DNA of 64,000 nucleotides from an uncultured Chloroflexia bacterium (GTDB lineage Bacteria; Chloroflexota; Limnocylindria; Limnocylindrales; CSP1-4), in the NCBI GenBank assembly GCA_963708065.1, contig CAVPRZ010000011.1, positions 524,915-588,914 of the forward strand, in the 5' to 3' direction. Shown here piece after piece: positions 41,101 to 50,659 of the stretch. Positions within the stretch are counted from its first letter, which is position 1. Every line of letters starts with the position of its first letter. A program made the position numbers and the translations under genes. The notes beneath the pieces were generated by a model. It saw only the letters and a program-made list of their open reading frames with translations. It did not search any database and had not been told where the DNA came from.

Positions 41101-41367
41101 GCGCGCGGACACGAACACCACGAGGGCCTCGTCGCCGCGGAGCTCGAGCAGGAGCCCGTCCCGGCTCGCGACGACTTCCTGCACGAGCTCGGCGAAGCGG
41201 CCCACCAGTTCGCCCGCCGCCTGGTCGCCGAACTCGGCGGTGTACTTCGTGTAACCGCGGACGTCGGCGATCAGGAACGTCCTCGACTCGGAGCCGCGGT
41301 CGCCCTCGGGCGGCGACGGGGTGCTCGGGCCGGGATCGCTCGCCCCGGCGTCGGTTGGATCCGTCAC
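38167..41367 (-). CDS. receptor-type class III adenylate/guanylate cyclase: N-terminal cyclase - TM - beta-propeller-like region - family-5 solute-binding (peptide/nickel SBP) domain, 1066 aa
   Basis: The cyclase core carries FLIADVRGYTKYT, RGDEALVVF and GSALNLAARL. A single TM (VLLVGGMALVVVAVVAAVLGG) follows. The C-terminus has SBP_bac_5-like motifs (LSLPAFCPVPVG, ILERNPNYPG). The ORF is intact. Confidence 0.75.
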   Translation of the reverse strand: MTDPTDAGASDPGPSTPSPPEGDRGSESRTFLIADVRGYTKYTAEFGDQAAGELVGRFAELVQEVVASRDGLLLELRGDEALVVFVSARQALRAAVELQERFADAELARGVGIGLDAGEAVPVGDGYRGSALNLAARLCAQAGPGEVIASEAVIHLAARLDGISYVEPRSFRLKGVPDPIRAVGVVASSRVPRGLGRRVRRARQWSRERRVLLVGGMALVVVAVVAAVLGGASVSRPSASPQPAAKVESSAPASAAPTGPASGPGVAFLDVSSGAVSAVNATLRRPIDGQWVGDRLWVLDADPPAFHRIDPASATIEQSISTEIDVAHWLVDGNAIWVADSQRPLLHRIDIQSGRQTDEYPVASDPGNTLSSGGIVKAAGSLWVAVSSPSTSMVVRVDPRTGAVVATVKDVWGPYLAATDQRIWAAAPWGEVKSIDPATNAAGAPTYVTGPLVSVAAVGDDAWATNDETGLIQQVQPGKDIAISRFVPGARSISFADDKVWVGGRESATAIDPGSGQAHDYPIGHSVSDVEESDGLMAVLSTTGVDDAIAGLSGTMVKIASPGNPFSVIDPAVRASTDSEERAQVDRASCAGLLAYPDQTAPDGAELHPEVAEAMPTVSADGRTYTFRIKPGYAFSPPSNEPITAETFRLTIRRALDPRLGPDADGIEWLGDIIGANEYHAGKAADISGLTTTDDTLSITIRAPSSTFLERLSLPAFCPVPVGTARIRGGVNDPPLPRSGPFYVSGHVGGQYLILERNPNYPGPRKVGADSVVWLTGIDPSDAISRLEAGSVDLVPTIDQLDPQGAIAGQWGPGSSAARSGDQRYFRTDGGGLLFLSLNPRDPLLKDPNVRRAVALVLNRTDMARSFNLVATSGLLPSVVTGRPRSQPFKLDGGSDPAALAEAKRLMGGRTGSIVISYGRDCDQCQRMATRMATDLQAIGIALTVENDDDPNAAAVAKGSDISMVIEFVQPRYPDAGALLDDLRSAGPPVWLGSGTDAAIAGLDRLAEPQRTAAAADLVDRLERAEVRVIPFGAGWRAAYVGPGVSCEVFAPSSPGLDLVSLCPMR

Positions 41368-41506
41368 GCGTCCACGCAGCCTCGCTCAGGCGGGAGGCCC
41401 GGCGCAGCCCCGCCAGGCCGGAGTCTACGCTCGGTCGTGGCTCGCGCAGTCGGCCAGGCGACAGTCCGTGCGCCGGCGTGCCCGGCGCGCGGCACGGATC
41501 GCAAGG

Positions 41507-42325
41507 TCAGGAGGGCTCTCCCGGGTCCCAGGCCGGCGGGCGCTTCTCGTCGAACGCCCGGAAGCCCTCCTGGGCCTCGGCGGAGCGGCGTTGGCGGGCG
41601 ATGACCCGCGCGGTGTGCCACTTCGACGAGCCGTGGGGCAGGCCACGGACCTCGCGGACGATCGCCTTGGCCGCCCGGGCCGCCGTCGGGCCGGCCGCGA
41701 GCAGGTCTCCGATGGCCGCGTCCACCGCCGCGTCGAGGGCCGCCTCACCTTCGACGACCTCGTGGACGAGCCCGATCCGCTGGGCGCGCACGGCGTCGAA
41801 CCGGCGCCCGCCCGGGAACAGCGCGCGGGCATGCGACTCGCCGATCTTGGCGATCACGAACGGGGCGATCACCGACGGGAGGATCCCGAGGCGGGTCTCG
41901 GTGAACCCGAACCGGCAGCCACTCTCGGCGATCACCAGGTCGCTGACCGCGCACAGTCCCATCCCACCTCCGAGCGCGGTGCCGTGGACCCGGGCGATGA
42001 CCGGGACCGGACAGGCGTCGATCGTCTCGAACATCTCGGCCATCGCCATCGCGTCCTGCTCGTTCGCCTCGACGTCCAGGCTCAGGGCCGCTTTCATCCA
42101 GGCGACGTCAGCGCCGGCGCAGAACGACGGCCCGTCGCCGGCGAGCACGATCGCCCGGAGCGCGGCTGGCTCCTCCCGACCGAGGGCGGTGAAGGCCGCA
42201 CGGATGTCGGCGATGAGCGACGCGTCGAAGGCGTTGTGGCGATCGGGCCGGCTCAGGATCACCCGGGCCACGACGTCACCCGGCCCGGAACGCTCGACCC
42301 GCAGCCCGTCACCCACGGCGGTCAT
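41507..42325 (-). CDS. enoyl-CoA hydratase/isomerase (crotonase-fold; methylglutaconyl-CoA hydratase-like)
   Basis: ATG at 42325. LSRPDRHNAF, AGDGPSFCAGADV and HGTALGGG motifs. Confidence 0.8.
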   Translation of the reverse strand: MTAVGDGLRVERSGPGDVVARVILSRPDRHNAFDASLIADIRAAFTALGREEPAALRAIVLAGDGPSFCAGADVAWMKAALSLDVEANEQDAMAMAEMFETIDACPVPVIARVHGTALGGGMGLCAVSDLVIAESGCRFGFTETRLGILPSVIAPFVIAKIGESHARALFPGGRRFDAVRAQRIGLVHEVVEGEAALDAAVDAAIGDLLAAGPTAARAAKAIVREVRGLPHGSSKWHTARVIARQRRSAEAQEGFRAFDEKRPPAWDPGEPS

Positions 42326-42347
42326 GGTACGCGGCCGGGGACCTGGG

Positions 42348-43700
42348 TCACCGCCCTCGGGCCGACGCCTGCGCCGACCTCGACGCGATCGGCGACTCGG
42401 CCGACGGGTCGAATCGATAGAGGGCGACGCGCCAGATCGGCGGCAGGCCCGTCGCGGCGAGGTTGGCGGCCGAGACGGAATCCGTATGGGCGCCGGCGGC
42501 AACGACCGTCGCTCCGTGCGCTGCGGCCTCGACGGCGCGGTGGGCGATCAGCGCTCGCTGGATGCCCCGACCGCGATGCGACGGGAGGACGGCCATCATC
42601 GCGAGCATGCCGACCCGTCGTCGGACCGTGACCTGCCCCACGGCCACGGCCAGGGCGCCGTCCTCGACGACGAAGTAGTGATGGCCGGGCAGGCCGATCA
42701 TCCGGGGGATGGCGCCGCGCCAGGCGGGCGCTTCGTCCGGCTGGATCGACGATGCCTCGACGAGCACGTCGGCGAAGGTCGGAGCCTCGTCGGGTCCGAT
42801 CTCGCGTGCCGCCATGCCCGCCCGGAACGTCGCACCGACCGCTTCGGCCGCCGTCCGGATCGCGTCGGGGTCGGCGGCATGGATCGCCGACATGCGTTCC
42901 GGCTCGGCTCCGGGCCACGGCGCCGCGTCGGCGGCGACCCAGCCGATCGTCCCGTTGGCGCGGAACCAGTCGACCATCCGCGGCAGCAGGTTGGGGAGCT
43001 CTCGATACCCCGAGACGCGATTGAAGCTGCGGCCCGGGAGCTCGGGTGAAGCCACCATCGCCAGCCCGCCGTCGTCGACCACCCGGACGTCGAAGCCGGC
43101 GGCCGCGGTCGCCTGCCAGAGCGCCACGTTGAACCCGTGTGCGACCGCCTCGATCGGGTCGAGCTGCCAGTGCAGCTCGGCTCGCGAGTCGGCGGCCGGG
43201 GCGAGCAGCCGGATCGGGTCGCCCGGCCGCACTTCGCCCTCGACGAGGACCCGCGCGTACATCCGCGAGTCGAGCGGGTGGGTCAGGATGGAGATGCGAC
43301 CCGACCTGCCGTCGCTGAACGCGTCGGCGATCGTGTCACACGGCATGTCCGGCTTGCTGACCTCGAGGACGAGGCGGTCGCCGATCGCCGCCCGGGTCCC
43401 GACCGGCAGCGTCGCCCACTCGATCCCCTCAGTCGTCAAGTTCTCGCCGGCCGCTCCCGGTTCGATTGGGTGGCCGTCGGCCTGGACCCGGCGGATCGCC
43501 TCGAGCGCGAAGAGGGCGACCGCCCGGTGCGGCCCGCCGTGGACGGTGTCGTGGCGCTGGGCGTCGCCCTCGAGCCCGAAGGGACCCACCCAGGCCCGCT
43601 CGACCGGCCGCTTCGGCACGCCGCCCGACGAGACGCTGACCTGGACGACGCGTCCGTCGACCGCCAGGTTCGGCGCGTCGCGTCCGGATGGGCGGGTCAC
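42348..43700 (-). CDS. MOSC-domain protein fused to C-terminal GNAT acetyltransferase domain
   Basis: GTG at 43700 overlaps the upstream stop as GTGA. The N-terminal MOSC beta-barrel (GGVPKRPV...ENLTTEGI...SKPDMPC) is followed by a GNAT acetyl-CoA site ([15 protein letters not shown]) at the C-terminus. Confidence 0.7.
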   Translation of the reverse strand: MTRPSGRDAPNLAVDGRVVQVSVSSGGVPKRPVERAWVGPFGLEGDAQRHDTVHGGPHRAVALFALEAIRRVQADGHPIEPGAAGENLTTEGIEWATLPVGTRAAIGDRLVLEVSKPDMPCDTIADAFSDGRSGRISILTHPLDSRMYARVLVEGEVRPGDPIRLLAPAADSRAELHWQLDPIEAVAHGFNVALWQATAAAGFDVRVVDDGGLAMVASPELPGRSFNRVSGYRELPNLLPRMVDWFRANGTIGWVAADAAPWPGAEPERMSAIHAADPDAIRTAAEAVGATFRAGMAAREIGPDEAPTFADVLVEASSIQPDEAPAWRGAIPRMIGLPGHHYFVVEDGALAVAVGQVTVRRRVGMLAMMAVLPSHRGRGIQRALIAHRAVEAAAHGATVVAAGAHTDSVSAANLAATGLPPIWRVALYRFDPSAESPIASRSAQASARGR

Positions 43701-45321
43701 ATCCGGAACACGCCGAAGCGCGTCTCGGGGATCGGCGCGTGGAGCGCGGCGGAGATCCCGAGCGCCAGCACGCGCCGCGTGTCGAGCGGGTCGATGACGC
43801 CGTCGTCCCACAGCCGCGCGGTCGCGAAGTAGGGGTTGCCCTCGACCTCATAGCGTTCGAGGATCGGCGCCTCGAAGGCGTCTCGCTCGGCGTCGTCGGC
43901 GAAGCCGCCGCGAACCGACGACAGGACGCGGGCCGCCTGCTGACCGCCCATGACGCTGATCCGGCTGTTCGGCCACGACCACAGGAACCGCGGGCCGTAC
44001 GCCCGGCCGGCCATCGCGTAGTTGCCGGCCCCGAACGAGCCGCCGACGATGACCGTGAACTTGGGGACCTCGGCGCAGGCGACCGCGGTGACCATCTTCG
44101 CCCCGTCCTTGGCGATCCCGCCGGCCTCGTACTCGCGCCCGACCATGAACCCGGTGATGTTCTGGAGGAAGACGAGCGGGATCCGGCGCTGGGCGCACAG
44201 CTCGATGAAGTGGGCGCCCTTGAGCGCCGACGCCGAGAAGAGGATCCCGTCGTTGGCGACGATCCCGACCGGGTAGCCCTCGAGATGGGCGAAGCCAGTC
44301 ACGAGCGTCTCGCCGTAGAGCGGCTTGAACTCGTGGAACCGGCTGCCGTCGACCAGGCGGGCGATGACCTCGCGGATCTCGAGCGGCCGGCGGAGGTCGG
44401 TCGGGATGGCGGCGTAGAGGTGGGCGATGCCGGCGCTCAGGGTCGCCCTCGGGGGCCGCGGCGGGCGGTTCCGGCGGGCGGCGATCCCAGGGCGGCTCGG
44501 GCGGCCGGCGGTTGAGGTTGGCGACGATCGACCGGCCGAGCGCGAGGGCGTGCTCGTCGTCGAGCGCCTCGTGGTCGGCGACGCCGCTGACCCGGGCGTG
44601 GACGCTCGCGCCGCCGAGCTCCTCGGCAGTGACGTCCTCGCCGGTCGCGGCCTTCACCAGCGGCGGGCCGCCGAGGAAGATCGTCCCGGTGCCCCGGACG
44701 ATCACCGTCTCGTCGCTCATCGCCGGGACGTAGGCCCCGCCGGCGGTCGACGAGCCCATCACCAGGGCGATCTGCGGGATGCCGGCCGCCGACAGCCGGG
44801 CCTGGTTGTAGAAGATCCGGCCGAAGTGGTCGCGGTCCGGGAACACCTCGGCCTGGAGCGGCAGGAACGCCCCGCCGCTGTCGACGAGGTAGACGCAGGG
44901 CAGCCGGTTCTCGAGCGCGATCTCCTGGGCCCGGAGGTGCTTCTTGACGGTGATCGGGTAGTAGGTGCCGCCCTTGACCGTGGCGTCGTTGGCGACGATC
45001 ACGCAGGTCGTGCCCTCGATCCGGCCGATCCCGGTGACGATCCCGGCGCTCGGTGCCTCGTCGTCGTACATGCCCGCCGGCGGCGAGCGGGCTCAGCTCG
45101 AGGAAGGCCGTCGCGGGATCGAGCAGCCGGTCGATCCGCTCGCGGACCGGGAGCTTGCCGCGCTCCCGGTGCCGGGCGATCGACGCCTCGTCGCCGCCCG
45201 CCCCGCGTCCTGCCACCGCCGCCTGCCGGTCGCGGAGGTCGGCGACCAGGGCGGTCATCGATTCGACGTTCGCCCGGGCATCGGTGCTCGATGGGTCGAG
45301 CCGGCTGCGGAGGACGGGCAT
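43697..45321 (-). CDS. acyl-CoA carboxylase carboxyltransferase beta subunit (MccB/AccD5-like); two apparent frameshifts (near 45065 and 44300)
   Basis: Three minus frames carry successive CT segments: the N-terminus [23 protein letters not shown], the middle MYDD...[10 protein letters not shown]...[12 protein letters not shown], and the C-terminus [43 protein letters not shown]. Confidence 0.7.
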
Positions 45322-45482
45322 GGCCGGATGATACGCATCACGCCGGCCGCAGCGACCGCCTACGGGGTCGGGATGGCGGGCCTCAGCGAGCCCGGGATCG
45401 CGCCACCAGGGCGACCGTCGCGAGTGCGCCGGCGACGAGGCATCCGGTCGCCAGCGCGATCCAACCGCTCACATCCGGCGAC

Positions 45483-45743
45483 TCACACTCGCCCGGTTGG
45501 CAGGCCGACTCCGCTCGCAGCAGGAGGGCCAGCGATCACGCCCCCGAACCCGACGGGGACTCCGGCCAGGGCGGCCTGGCCGTCCCGGCGAGCGACCAGC
45601 GACAGGGCGAGGAGCGCCATGGCGGCGACTCCGAGCACACCGCCCAGCACGAGGAGGAGGGCACCGACCGCGCCGACGAGGAGCCCGGCGATCCATCGCC
45701 ATGCCCTCGCGGACGGGACGTCGGGGACGTCAGCCGAGGACAT
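45483..45743 (-). CDS. small hydrophobic membrane protein, hypothetical (may continue in another frame to about 45390)
   Basis: WRWIAGLLVGAVGALLLVLGGVLGVAAMALLALSLVA. A second TM-like helix ([24 protein letters not shown]) lies downstream in a different frame. Confidence 0.3.
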   Translation of the reverse strand: MSSADVPDVPSARAWRWIAGLLVGAVGALLLVLGGVLGVAAMALLALSLVARRDGQAALAGVPVGFGGVIAGPPAASGVGLPTGRV

Positions 45744-46650
45744 CCGCCAGGGCCTCGTCGAGGGTCGGATGGCGGAACCCGAAGCCCAGCACGATCGCGC
45801 GGGCCGGGACGACGCGGCGCGAGCCGAGGATGAGGATGGCCTGGCCTCGCAAGCCCAGCCGGATCGCCCATGCCGGAGCCGGTAGCCACGAGGGCCGGTG
45901 GAGCGTCCGACCGAGGACGGCGGCGAGCTCGGCCTGACGACACGGCTCCGGAGCGGCGGCGTTGATCGGGCCGGCCAGCGACGGATCCGTCAGCGCCAGC
46001 CGGTAGATGCCGACCAGGTCGTCGACGTGGATCCAGCTGAACCACTGGCGGCCCGACCCGATCCGACCGCCGAGGAACAGGCGGAACGGCAACGCGATGA
46101 GCCGGAGGACCGTGGCATCGCGGGCGAGCACGATCGCCTGGCGGACGATGGCGACGCGCACGCCGAGCGGCTCGGCGGCGAGGGCGGCGGCCTCCCAGCG
46201 CACGCAGACGTCGGCGAGGAAGTCGGTCGCGGGCTCCGTCGTCTCGTCGGCGGGCTCGGCGTCGCGCCCGGTGTAGAGGTCCGTGCCCGAAGCGTTCACG
46301 AGGACCTTCGGCCGTTGATCGGCTGGCAGGCTCCCGATCGCCCGGACGATCGCGTTCGTGGCCGCCAGCCGGCTGTCGAGGATCGCTCGCTTGCGGCCCG
46401 GCGTCCACGGCCGCGTCCCGATCGACACGCCGGCGAGGTTGATCACGCCGTCGGCGCCGTCCAGGGCGGTGGCCAGGTCCCGGGTGCGTCCACCCGGGTC
46501 CCAGGCGACCGGTCGAGCCCCGGGTGGCAGGTGCCCGGCGGCACGCCGTGGATCGCGGGTCAGGACGTCGACGTCCCAGCCGTCGGCCAGCAGCGCCTGC
46601 GCGAGATGGCGCCCGATCATGCCGGACCCACCGGCGATGACGACCCTCAT
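45730..46650 (-). CDS. TIGR01777/YfcH-family NAD-dependent epimerase/dehydratase (DUF1731 C-terminus)
   Basis: ATG at 46650. MRVVIAGGSGMIG is the Rossmann motif, with a conserved C-terminal region. Confidence 0.8.
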   Translation of the reverse strand: MRVVIAGGSGMIGRHLAQALLADGWDVDVLTRDPRRAAGHLPPGARPVAWDPGGRTRDLATALDGADGVINLAGVSIGTRPWTPGRKRAILDSRLAATNAIVRAIGSLPADQRPKVLVNASGTDLYTGRDAEPADETTEPATDFLADVCVRWEAAALAAEPLGVRVAIVRQAIVLARDATVLRLIALPFRLFLGGRIGSGRQWFSWIHVDDLVGIYRLALTDPSLAGPINAAAPEPCRQAELAAVLGRTLHRPSWLPAPAWAIRLGLRGQAILILGSRRVVPARAIVLGFGFRHPTLDEALADVLG

Positions 46651-46726
46651 CGATCGTACCCGCTGCCCGAACTGCCTGCTACACTCATGTAGCAAGTAAT
46701 ACGCCCACGAACCCGCTACTGTCAAG

Positions 46727-47485
46727 GTGCACGTTATGGCCACCGACACGAGCGCGCTCGACGGACATGGGTCTGCCGCCGATCCGGGAGCGCGGGCCGA
46801 GGCGATCCGGGTCGAGCTGGCCGATGCCTGGGGATCGATGGGCGCGTCGTGGGGTGTCGCGCCGGCGATCGCCCGGGTCCATGCCTACCTGATGGTCCGC
46901 GGCGAACCGCTTACCGAGCGCGAGGTGCGGGAGGCGCTCGGGCTGTCCCACCGGGCGGCAAGCCTGGCCCTGGACGCGGCGGTCGGCTGGGGTGTCGTCG
47001 AGAAGGTCCCCGAGCCACGGCGGGTCGGTCGGCGGGGACCCGCGGGGACCGCCTACCTGGCCGTCGGCGACCACTTCCGCTGGTTCTCCCGGGTGATCGC
47101 TCATCGCAAGCGGCTCGAGGGCGACCCGATCATCGCCGTCCTCGAGAAGACGCTGCGCGACGCGGATGCCGCCGCCCGGGCCCATCCCGACGACGCCGAG
47201 CTTCGCGGCCTCCGCGACTGGCTCGGCACGTTCCTTGGCTTCGTGCGCCTGTTCGATCGGGCGGTGGGGCTCGTCCCCGTCGTCGAGCCGACCGAGCTGG
47301 AGCGGATCCTGGCGCTCCTGGCCAAGGTCCCCGACGAGACCCTGCTCCGCCTGATCCGGCTGCTCGACGAGCTTCCGGACGACGACGTGCTGTCGCTCAT
47401 CAACGGCCTGAGCCGGCTGTCGCCCGCCGGCGCACGCCGTGCGACGAAGCTCATGTCGGGGGTCGTGCGCACGGTCGGACACTGA
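46727..47485 (+). CDS. GbsR/MarR-like winged-helix transcriptional regulator
   Basis: The wHTH region is ARVHAYLMVRGEPLTEREVREALGLSHRAASLALDAAVGWGVVEKV. The C-terminal helical region is non-repetitive. Confidence 0.6.
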   Translation: MHVMATDTSALDGHGSAADPGARAEAIRVELADAWGSMGASWGVAPAIARVHAYLMVRGEPLTEREVREALGLSHRAASLALDAAVGWGVVEKVPEPRRVGRRGPAGTAYLAVGDHFRWFSRVIAHRKRLEGDPIIAVLEKTLRDADAAARAHPDDAELRGLRDWLGTFLGFVRLFDRAVGLVPVVEPTELERILALLAKVPDETLLRLIRLLDELPDDDVLSLINGLSRLSPAGARRATKLMSGVVRTVGH

Positions 47486-47584
47486 CGATCCGCGCTCCTC
47501 CGGGGGCGAGCACCGGCGTGGCTCCTTCGCCAGTCATTGACCGGTCCCCGTGACGTGTTCGGGCCCGGGCAGATCGGGCCGGGT

Positions 47585-47620
47585 TGACAGGCGCACACCA
47601 CGCGAGCATTAGACAAGCGA
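47585..47620 (+). promoter_or_regulatory. possible sigma-70-type promoter (TTGACA-N19-TTAGAC) inside a ~520-bp leader upstream of pdxS
   Basis: TTGACA at 47585 is followed 19 nt later by CATTAGAC. A second -10-like GATAAT lies at about 47907. Assignment is weak. Confidence 0.2.
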
Positions 47621-48008
47621 AGGCCCGGATCAAGGGCCCAGGGGGGCCGATTCCTTGCCAGGTGCTCACCAGGCGGGCAGGCGTCAACGGAATCCGGCAT
47701 GGTCGCTGACGAACGACCGTGTGGCGTGCGCGTGTCAAGAACCCGAGGGCGCGGCGGTCCGGACGGCGCTCCGGGCGGCGTTCGACGGCCATGGAGGCCC
47801 AGCTGCGAACGCCGGCTCGTCCCGCGCCATGAGCCGCGTCGGAGGACTCGGCCACGATCCGGGCCAACCCGACCAGACCACTCGGAATTCGCCGGATGGC
47901 GTGCGATAATCGTGATGCGCGCGGCGATCGAGCGGCTCGAGCGGGCGAGGACCCCGGGGCAGGCCGGTCGATCGACCTCCCGCGGCAGACCTGAGGATTC
48001 ATCCGAAC

Positions 48009-48896
48009 ATGACCGTCGAGACCTCCACCTGGGTCACCAAGAAGGGCCTCGCCCAGATGCTCAAGGGCGGGGTCATCATGGACGTCGTCACACCCGAGCA
48101 CGCCAAGATCGCCGAGGACGCCGGCGCCGTGGCGGTGATGGCGCTCGAGCGGGTCCCGTCCGACATCCGCGCCGCGGGCGGGGTCGCCCGGATGTCCGAT
48201 CCGTCGATGATCGTCGGGATCATGGAAGCGGTCTCGATCCCGGTCATGGCGAAGGCGCGGATCGGCCACTTCGTCGAGGCCCAGGTCCTCGAGGCGCTCG
48301 GCGTCGACTACATCGACGAGTCGGAGGTCCTGACGCCGGCCGACGAGGAGAACCACATCGACAAGCACGCGTTCAAGGTCCCGTTCGTGTGTGGCGCCCG
48401 GAACCTCGGCGAGGCCCTCCGCCGGATCAGCGAGGGCGCGGCCATGATGCGGACCAAGGGCGAGGCCGGGACCGGCAACATCGTCGAGGCGGTTCGCCAC
48501 ATCCGGACGGTCAACGCCGAGATCCGCCGGCTCCAGGGCATGCGCCCGGACGAGCTGTTCGTCGCGGCCAAGGAGCTCCAGGCGCCGCTCGACCTCGTCC
48601 AGATGGTCGCCGCCGAGGGCAAGCTCCCGGTCGTGAACTTCGTGGCCGGCGGGATCGCCACCCCGGCCGACGCCGCGCTGGCGATGCAGCTCGGGGCCGA
48701 GGGCGTCTTCGTCGGGTCCGGGATCTTCAAGAGCGAGGACCCGGCCACCATGGCCAACGCGATCGTCCAGGCCACGACCCACTTCGACAACCCGAAGGTC
48801 ATCGCCGAGGTGAGCAAGGGCCTCGGGGCGGCCATGCGCGGGATCTCGCTTGAGACGATCCCGGAGGGGGAGCGGCTCGCGGTCCGCGGCTGGTAG
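48009..48896 (+). CDS. pdxS: pyridoxal 5'-phosphate synthase lyase subunit PdxS
   Basis: Near-canonical PdxS sequence along the whole length (GGVIMDV...[11 protein letters not shown]...GSGIFKS). Confidence 0.95.
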   Translation: MTVETSTWVTKKGLAQMLKGGVIMDVVTPEHAKIAEDAGAVAVMALERVPSDIRAAGGVARMSDPSMIVGIMEAVSIPVMAKARIGHFVEAQVLEALGVDYIDESEVLTPADEENHIDKHAFKVPFVCGARNLGEALRRISEGAAMMRTKGEAGTGNIVEAVRHIRTVNAEIRRLQGMRPDELFVAAKELQAPLDLVQMVAAEGKLPVVNFVAGGIATPADAALAMQLGAEGVFVGSGIFKSEDPATMANAIVQATTHFDNPKVIAEVSKGLGAAMRGISLETIPEGERLAVRGW

Positions 48897-48943
48897 AGAG
48901 CGACGACCAGGTCGACGGCGCCCCCCGGCGCGGGGTCGCGACC

Positions 48944-49585
48944 ATGAGGATCGGCGTGCTCGCGGTGCAGGGCGCGTTCGTCGAGCACGTCCGGGTGCTG
49001 CTCGCGCTCGGCGTCGAGCCGGTCGAGGTCCGGCTGCCCGAGGACCTCGACGGAGTCAGCGGCCTCATCCTGCCCGGCGGCGAGAGCACGACGATGCGCA
49101 AGCTCGTCGACCGCTGGGGCCTCCGCGAGCCGGTCATGGACCTGGCCGCGTCGGGGGCGCCGCTGTTCGGGACGTGCGCCGGGATGATCCTGCTCGCCCG
49201 CGAGATCGCCGGCGGCGAGGAGCCGGTGTTCCCGCTGCTCGACATGACCGTCGAGCGGAATGCGTTCGGGCGCCAGCTCGACTCCTTCGAGGGCGACGTG
49301 ACCGTCCCGATCCTCGGCGACGAACCGGTCCACGGCGTGTTCATCCGGGCGCCGATCGTCGACCGGGTCGGACCCGACGTCGACGTCCTCGCCCGGCTCG
49401 ACGACGGTCGGGTCGTCGCCGTTCGCGAGCGCAACGTGCTCGCCACCGCGTTCCATCCCGAGCTCGCCGGCGAGACGCGCTTCCATCGGCTCGTGGCGAC
49501 GATGGCCGCGGAGCACGACGATCCCGGCGAGGGCTCGGGCCGCCGCCCGCATCCGACCCGGCGCGGCGCGAGGCCCGATCGATGA
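48944..49585 (+). CDS. pdxT: pyridoxal 5'-phosphate synthase glutaminase subunit PdxT
   Basis: MRIGVLAVQGAF..GTCAGMILLA...FHPE is the class I glutamine amidotransferase triad context. It lies immediately downstream of pdxS. Confidence 0.95.
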   Translation: MRIGVLAVQGAFVEHVRVLLALGVEPVEVRLPEDLDGVSGLILPGGESTTMRKLVDRWGLREPVMDLAASGAPLFGTCAGMILLAREIAGGEEPVFPLLDMTVERNAFGRQLDSFEGDVTVPILGDEPVHGVFIRAPIVDRVGPDVDVLARLDDGRVVAVRERNVLATAFHPELAGETRFHRLVATMAAEHDDPGEGSGRRPHPTRRGARPDR

Positions 49586-50628
49586 GCGGCCGGTCCGGCA
49601 AGGTCCGGGTCGCGCGCCTGACCGACCTCGCCGCCCTCGGCGAGCTCTCGCGGCTGTGCCAGCAGGAGTCGGCCGAGACGCGCTCGCTCGGGCCTGCCCG
49701 TGAGCGGCCCCCGGATCGGCGTGTTCAGCCTCTTCCGGCTCCCGCTCGGCGCCTTCCGGCCGCACGACCTGCTCTACGTCTACGAGGAGGAGGGCGGCCT
49801 GTCCGGCCTCGTCCGGGTCGAGCGCGAGACGGCTCGCGACGAGTGGACGATCGTCGAGCTCGACGCGATCGGGCTGGCCGAGGCCGGCGACATCCGCTTC
49901 CGCCTCGTCCAGCACATCCTGCGCGACGGCGCGAAGCGCGGGGCGATCCGCTTCCACGTCGCCTGCGCCGACGCCGCACGGAAACGTCGAGCTGTTCATG
50001 CAGGCCGGCTTCGCCCGCTACGGCCAGGAGGTCCTCCTGTTCCGACCGCCCGGGTGCCGAGCTGCCGGAGCCGTGGACCGACGAGCGGGCGGCCGACGCG
50101 GGCATCCGCCCGGCGCTGCCGATCGACGCGATCGCCCTGGCCCGGCTCTACGCGACGGTCACCCCGCAGCCGGTCCAGCGCCTCGAGGCCTACCGGCTGG
50201 GCGACTGGGAGCGCCAGGGCGCCGGGTGGCGGGTCCCGCGCTCGAGCCTGGCGCCGATCCTGCGCTTCGCCGACGTCGAGGCGTACGTCCGCGAGGGCCG
50301 CGACGGCGGCAAGGACGGGACGCGGCTCGATGGGTTCCTCCAGGTCGGCGTGGCCAAGGAGGACCAGCCCCACTACCTCAAGATCCTGGCCCCGCCCGAT
50401 GCGGACACGGCGCCGCTGGTGGAGTACGGTCTCGGGGTGATCTCCGCCCGGAGCCGGAACGGCGGCCGCAACGACCACGGGGTCATCTCGCCCGTCCGGA
50501 CCTACGAGGCCCCGATCGATCGACGGCTCGAGGAAGCCGGGTTCGGCGTCGAGTCGACGCTCACGCTGCTGATGAAGGAGACCGTCGTTCGAGTCGCCGA
50601 GCCGGCGCTCGTCCCGGCCGTCCGATGA
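49582..50628 (+). pseudogene. GNAT-like N-acetyltransferase-family protein with three apparent frameshifts
   Basis: The ATG overlaps the pdxT stop as ATGA. Coding-like segments alternate between three plus frames: MSGRSGKVRVARLTDLAALGELSRLCQ, then RIGVFSLFRL...IRFHVACAD, then MQAGFARYGQEVLLFRP, then AELPEPWTDERAADAGIRPALPIDAIALARLY... Confidence 0.45.
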
Positions 50629-50659
50629 AGGATCCATCCCGCCACGAGGGGAGGAACCG

